Shown piece after piece: positions 6,042 through 8,771 of a stretch of 8,771 nt of DNA. The notes beneath the pieces are model-generated. The model was not told where the DNA came from. It did no database searches and was given only the letters and a program-made list of their open reading frames with translations. The stretch comes from Halalkalibacterium halodurans (GTDB taxonomy: Bacteria > Bacillota > Bacilli > Bacillales > Bacillaceae_D), in contig NZ_SNUY01000043.1 in NCBI RefSeq assembly GCF_004376175.1, forward strand, positions 18,767 through 27,537, given 5' to 3'. Each line of letters opens with the position of its first letter. Within the stretch, counting starts at the first letter, position 1. The translations under genes and the position numbers were made by a program.

Positions 6042-7277
6042 ATGAGTACTGCGACGTTAAGCCAAGAAACGAAACAAATCGTTAAAGCCACCGTACCGAT
6101 TTTAGCCGAACACGGGGAAGCGATAACGAAGCACTTTTACAAACGAATGTTTAGTCATCATCCGGAATTGTTAAACATCTTTAATCAGACGCATCAAAAA
6201 CAAGGAAGACAACCGCAAGCACTAGCAAATTCCATCTATGCGGCCGCTGAGCATATCGACAATTTGGAAGCAATTTTACCTGTTGTCAGCCGTATCGCCC
6301 ACAAGCATCGCAGCTTAAACATTAAACCAGAACAGTATCCGATCGTCGGGGAGAATTTGCTTGCTGCGATGAGAGAAGTACTAGGAGATGCTGCATCTGA
6401 TGACGTATTGGAGGCGTGGCGGGAAGCGTATGAACTGATCGCAGACGTGTTCATTCAAGTTGAGAAAAAAATGTACGAAGAGGCTAGTCAGGCTCCGGGT
6501 GGTTGGCGCGAGTTCCGTTCCTTTGTTGTTGAAAAAAAGCAAAGGGAAAGTGCGACAATTACATCATTTTATTTAAAGCCTGAAGACGGGAAAGCACTTG
6601 CCTCCTACAAACCAGGGCAATATATTACCGTAAAAGTAACGATTCCAGGACAGGAGCATACTCATATGCGGCAATATAGTTTATCAGATGCCCCAGAAAA
6701 AGGCTATTACCGGATCACTGTTAAGCGTGAGGAGGGGGATGGCGATTTGCCCCCAGGGATCGTCTCGAATTATTTGCATCAACATATCCATGAGGGGGAT
6801 GTGTTAGAGATCACAGCACCAGCAGGAGATTTTACGTTACAGGAGGAAGGGGAGCGTCCAATTGTGTTCATAAGCGGTGGCGTAGGGGTAACGCCTCTTA
6901 TGAGTATGTTTAACACTTTAATGCAAAGAGGAGTAAAACGTGAAGTGATATTTATTCATGCAGCAATCAATGGTTTTTATCATGCCATGCATGATCATTT
7001 AGCTAAAACCGCTAGCCAGCAAGAAAATGTCCACTATGCTGTATGCTACGAACGGCCAACACCAGGGGATCGGATGAATCCTTTTATGAAAAAGGAAGGA
7101 TTTATCGATGAATCATTCCTTCGTTCTATCCTCCACGATCGAGAGGCAGACTTTTATTTTTGCGGGCCAGTCCCATTTATGAAAACGATCGCTCAAATTT
7201 TAAAAGACTGGGACGTTCCCGAACAGCAGGTTCATTATGAGTTTTTTGGACCTGCAGGAACGCTAGCGTCTTCTTAG
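6042..7277 (+). CDS. hmp: Flavohemoglobin / nitric oxide dioxygenase
   Basis: The protein is 411 aa. The N-terminal globin domain has B10 Tyr (KHFYKRMF), E7 Gln (NQTHQKQG) and proximal His (IAHKHRS). The FAD motif is RQYSLSD and the NAD(P) motif is ISGGVGVTPLMSM. The C-terminus reads HYEFFGP. It is collinear with B. subtilis Hmp. Confidence 0.95.
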   Translation: MSTATLSQETKQIVKATVPILAEHGEAITKHFYKRMFSHHPELLNIFNQTHQKQGRQPQALANSIYAAAEHIDNLEAILPVVSRIAHKHRSLNIKPEQYPIVGENLLAAMREVLGDAASDDVLEAWREAYELIADVFIQVEKKMYEEASQAPGGWREFRSFVVEKKQRESATITSFYLKPEDGKALASYKPGQYITVKVTIPGQEHTHMRQYSLSDAPEKGYYRITVKREEGDGDLPPGIVSNYLHQHIHEGDVLEITAPAGDFTLQEEGERPIVFISGGVGVTPLMSMFNTLMQRGVKREVIFIHAAINGFYHAMHDHLAKTASQQENVHYAVCYERPTPGDRMNPFMKKEGFIDESFLRSILHDREADFYFCGPVPFMKTIAQILKDWDVPEQQVHYEFFGPAGTLASS

Positions 7278-7287
7278 AGCGAAAACG

Positions 7288-7330
7288 AGAACTCCCGTAC
7301 CCCGATTTCAGCGTGATACGGGAGTTTTCT
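7288..7330. terminator. Terminator between the convergent hmp and M20 peptidase genes
   Basis: AACTCCCGTA (7290-7299) pairs with TACGGGAGTT (7317-7326), a 10-bp stem with a 17-nt loop, followed by TTCT. The reverse strand reads the same stem followed by CTCGTTTTC. Confidence 0.6.
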
Positions 7331-7338
7331 AGTGCTGA

Positions 7339-8610
7339 TCATTTACGGACGCCGCACCAGTTCATCATAAAGGCTGCATAGGTTTTCGTCACATCTTTTA
7401 CGCTTGTCAAATCAACCCATTCATCTATTCCGTGCATTCCGTCCCCTACAGGGCCATAGCATGTGGCCGGAATGTTAAAATCATTAATAAATGTGCGAAT
7501 ATCCGTAGTTGCGGTAATGGCAGTTGTTTTCATTTTCGTCCCATGAACGAGCTTGTGCGTCCGAGCAAGAGCTTGCACCAACGGCTCCTCGCTCGAAATT
7601 TCAGCACCGGGGGCAGAAAAACCGTAAAACGTGAGCTCAGGCGGTGTATGGGACAGCCACTCATCCTGCAAGGAGGCCTGATTTATCCAGTCTTTGATTT
7701 GACTTTTTACGTCATCAGGGTCCACGCCAGGGTAAAAGCCAACCCGCACGTCGATCGTACATTCTGTTGGGACACTGGATGGCCAGTCTCCACTATGGAT
7801 CGTTCCAATATTCACATTGAGTGGATGGGGGTGGTCGGAATATGCTGGATGCTTTTTCTCTTGATTTAAATACTGCCGATACGATTGCAAGGCTTTTATG
7901 AGCAGGTAGGCCTTTTCGATTGGGTTCACCGCACGATCTGCCCGTTCTGTATGGGCCCCCGCCCCTATGACTTTTAAACGAACCCAGAGTACGCCAACTT
8001 GAGTGATGACCGCCTGTAAGCCAAAAGGCTCTGGGATCAGGGCCCCGTCTGCCGCATGACCTCTCATAAGTGCAGCAAGAGCTCCGTTACCGGTACACTC
8101 CTCTTCAATGACTGATTGAAAGATGACGTCAGCCCCGAGTTCAACGCCCACTTGTTGCAAGGCACGATAGGCAAAAATCATCGCCGCCAACCCGGACTTC
8201 ATATCTTGAATTCCTCGCCCGTACATGCGATTTTCCACGATCGTTGCGCCCCATGGATCATACGTCCAATGCTCAACAGGTTCAGGACTGACGACATCCA
8301 CATGACTTTGTAAAATTAAGCTTTTCCCAACCGTAGGCTTACTCGACTGCGCCGTCCCGACGACAATCGGACGCTGATCGTATCCCCAATCAACATCAAT
8401 ATAAGATGGATGACGTATAAGCTTGCTCGGATTCGGAACGAACTCATCCACATCAAGTCCCATTTCGTGCTTAAAATAGTGGGCGAGATACGCTTGAATA
8501 GCCCCTTCGTTGCCAAGTGTGCTAGGAAAACGACCGAGTGTTTGCAGAAAGGCAACCTGCTCTTCCCATTGCTCATCAATCGTTTGCATTACCTTCTGTA
8601 ATTGTTCCAT
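7339..8610 (-). CDS. M20-family metallopeptidase, ArgE/DapE-type deacylase
   Basis: The protein is 423 aa. Motifs include LILQSHVDVV (metal His/Asp), GRGIQDMKSG (bridging Asp), VIEEECTGNG (catalytic/metal Glu-Glu) and GPVGDGMHGIDEWV (C-terminal His). The SD GAAGGGGGG lies 6 nt upstream of the ATG (plus-strand 8617-8625). Substrate cannot be assigned from the sequence. Confidence 0.9.
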   Translation of the reverse strand: MEQLQKVMQTIDEQWEEQVAFLQTLGRFPSTLGNEGAIQAYLAHYFKHEMGLDVDEFVPNPSKLIRHPSYIDVDWGYDQRPIVVGTAQSSKPTVGKSLILQSHVDVVSPEPVEHWTYDPWGATIVENRMYGRGIQDMKSGLAAMIFAYRALQQVGVELGADVIFQSVIEEECTGNGALAALMRGHAADGALIPEPFGLQAVITQVGVLWVRLKVIGAGAHTERADRAVNPIEKAYLLIKALQSYRQYLNQEKKHPAYSDHPHPLNVNIGTIHSGDWPSSVPTECTIDVRVGFYPGVDPDDVKSQIKDWINQASLQDEWLSHTPPELTFYGFSAPGAEISSEEPLVQALARTHKLVHGTKMKTTAITATTDIRTFINDFNIPATCYGPVGDGMHGIDEWVDLTSVKDVTKTYAAFMMNWCGVRK

Positions 8611-8771
8611 TTCTTTCCCCCCTTCTTTTAAATCGTATTGTCAAAACTTTATATAGAAATAGGTTAATAAATCCTATATTAGAGGGCTTTATAAGCAAAA
8701 AACTTGCCACCCCCCTGAATTCTAAGGTATTGATGAGGTAACCACACGACATCAATCCCCTTAAGAAAAAA

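Noticed and set aside
8639-8644. A perfect TTGACA (minus strand) upstream of the M20 gene as a -35 box
   Set aside because: The sequence 17 bp downstream is the G-rich SD (GAAGGG) and there is no -10-like hexamer. The real promoter was not identifiable in the 160 bp available.
8720-8767. Imperfect hairpin (TTCTAAGG-T-ATTGATG ... CATCAAT-CC-CCTTAAGAA) at the right window edge, upstream of the M20 gene
   Set aside because: No T-run follows it on either strand, so it is not a convincing terminator. It matches no riboswitch or T-box core I can recognise, and it is truncated by the window end. It cannot be interpreted without flanking sequence.
1-8771. CRISPR arrays, tRNA/rRNA genes, and defense or toxin-antitoxin-like gene pairs
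   Set aside because: There are no spaced direct-repeat arrays, no cloverleaf-compatible segments and no small paired ORFs. Every ORF over 100 aa is explained by the seven genes listed.

Overview
This looks like a chromosomal segment from a Bacillaceae-type Firmicute, judging by SD-rich RBSs and NsrR/Hmp proteins close to the B. subtilis ones as I recall them. I see no convincing new multi-gene system. From left to right it contains: (1) An IS1182-family insertion sequence (about 1-1841) whose transposase is cut by a single in-frame TGA. Its left end carries two stacked RNA structures. (2) About 70 bp downstream, a three-gene ABC-2 exporter operon (ATPase plus two large-loop permeases, an LnrLMN/YfiLMN-like layout). 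The ATPase has a +1 nt frameshift at C5/T6 homopolymers and the first permease has a -1 nt frameshift. The second permease is intact and joined by an ATGA overlap. (3) A bidirectional terminator. (4) A divergent nsrR-hmp pair (Rrf2 NO-sensing repressor and flavohemoglobin). Its 330-bp intergenic region holds three copies of an AT-rich TTTAAAT-core 13-mer at the hmp promoter, plus an unexplained perfect 14-bp palindrome. (5) A convergent M20 (ArgE/DapE-type) metallopeptidase gene. There are no tRNA, rRNA or CRISPR features. The main points of interest are three independent gene lesions clustered in the first 3.2 kb next to the IS, the IS end architecture, and the regulatory content of the nsrR-hmp intergenic region.
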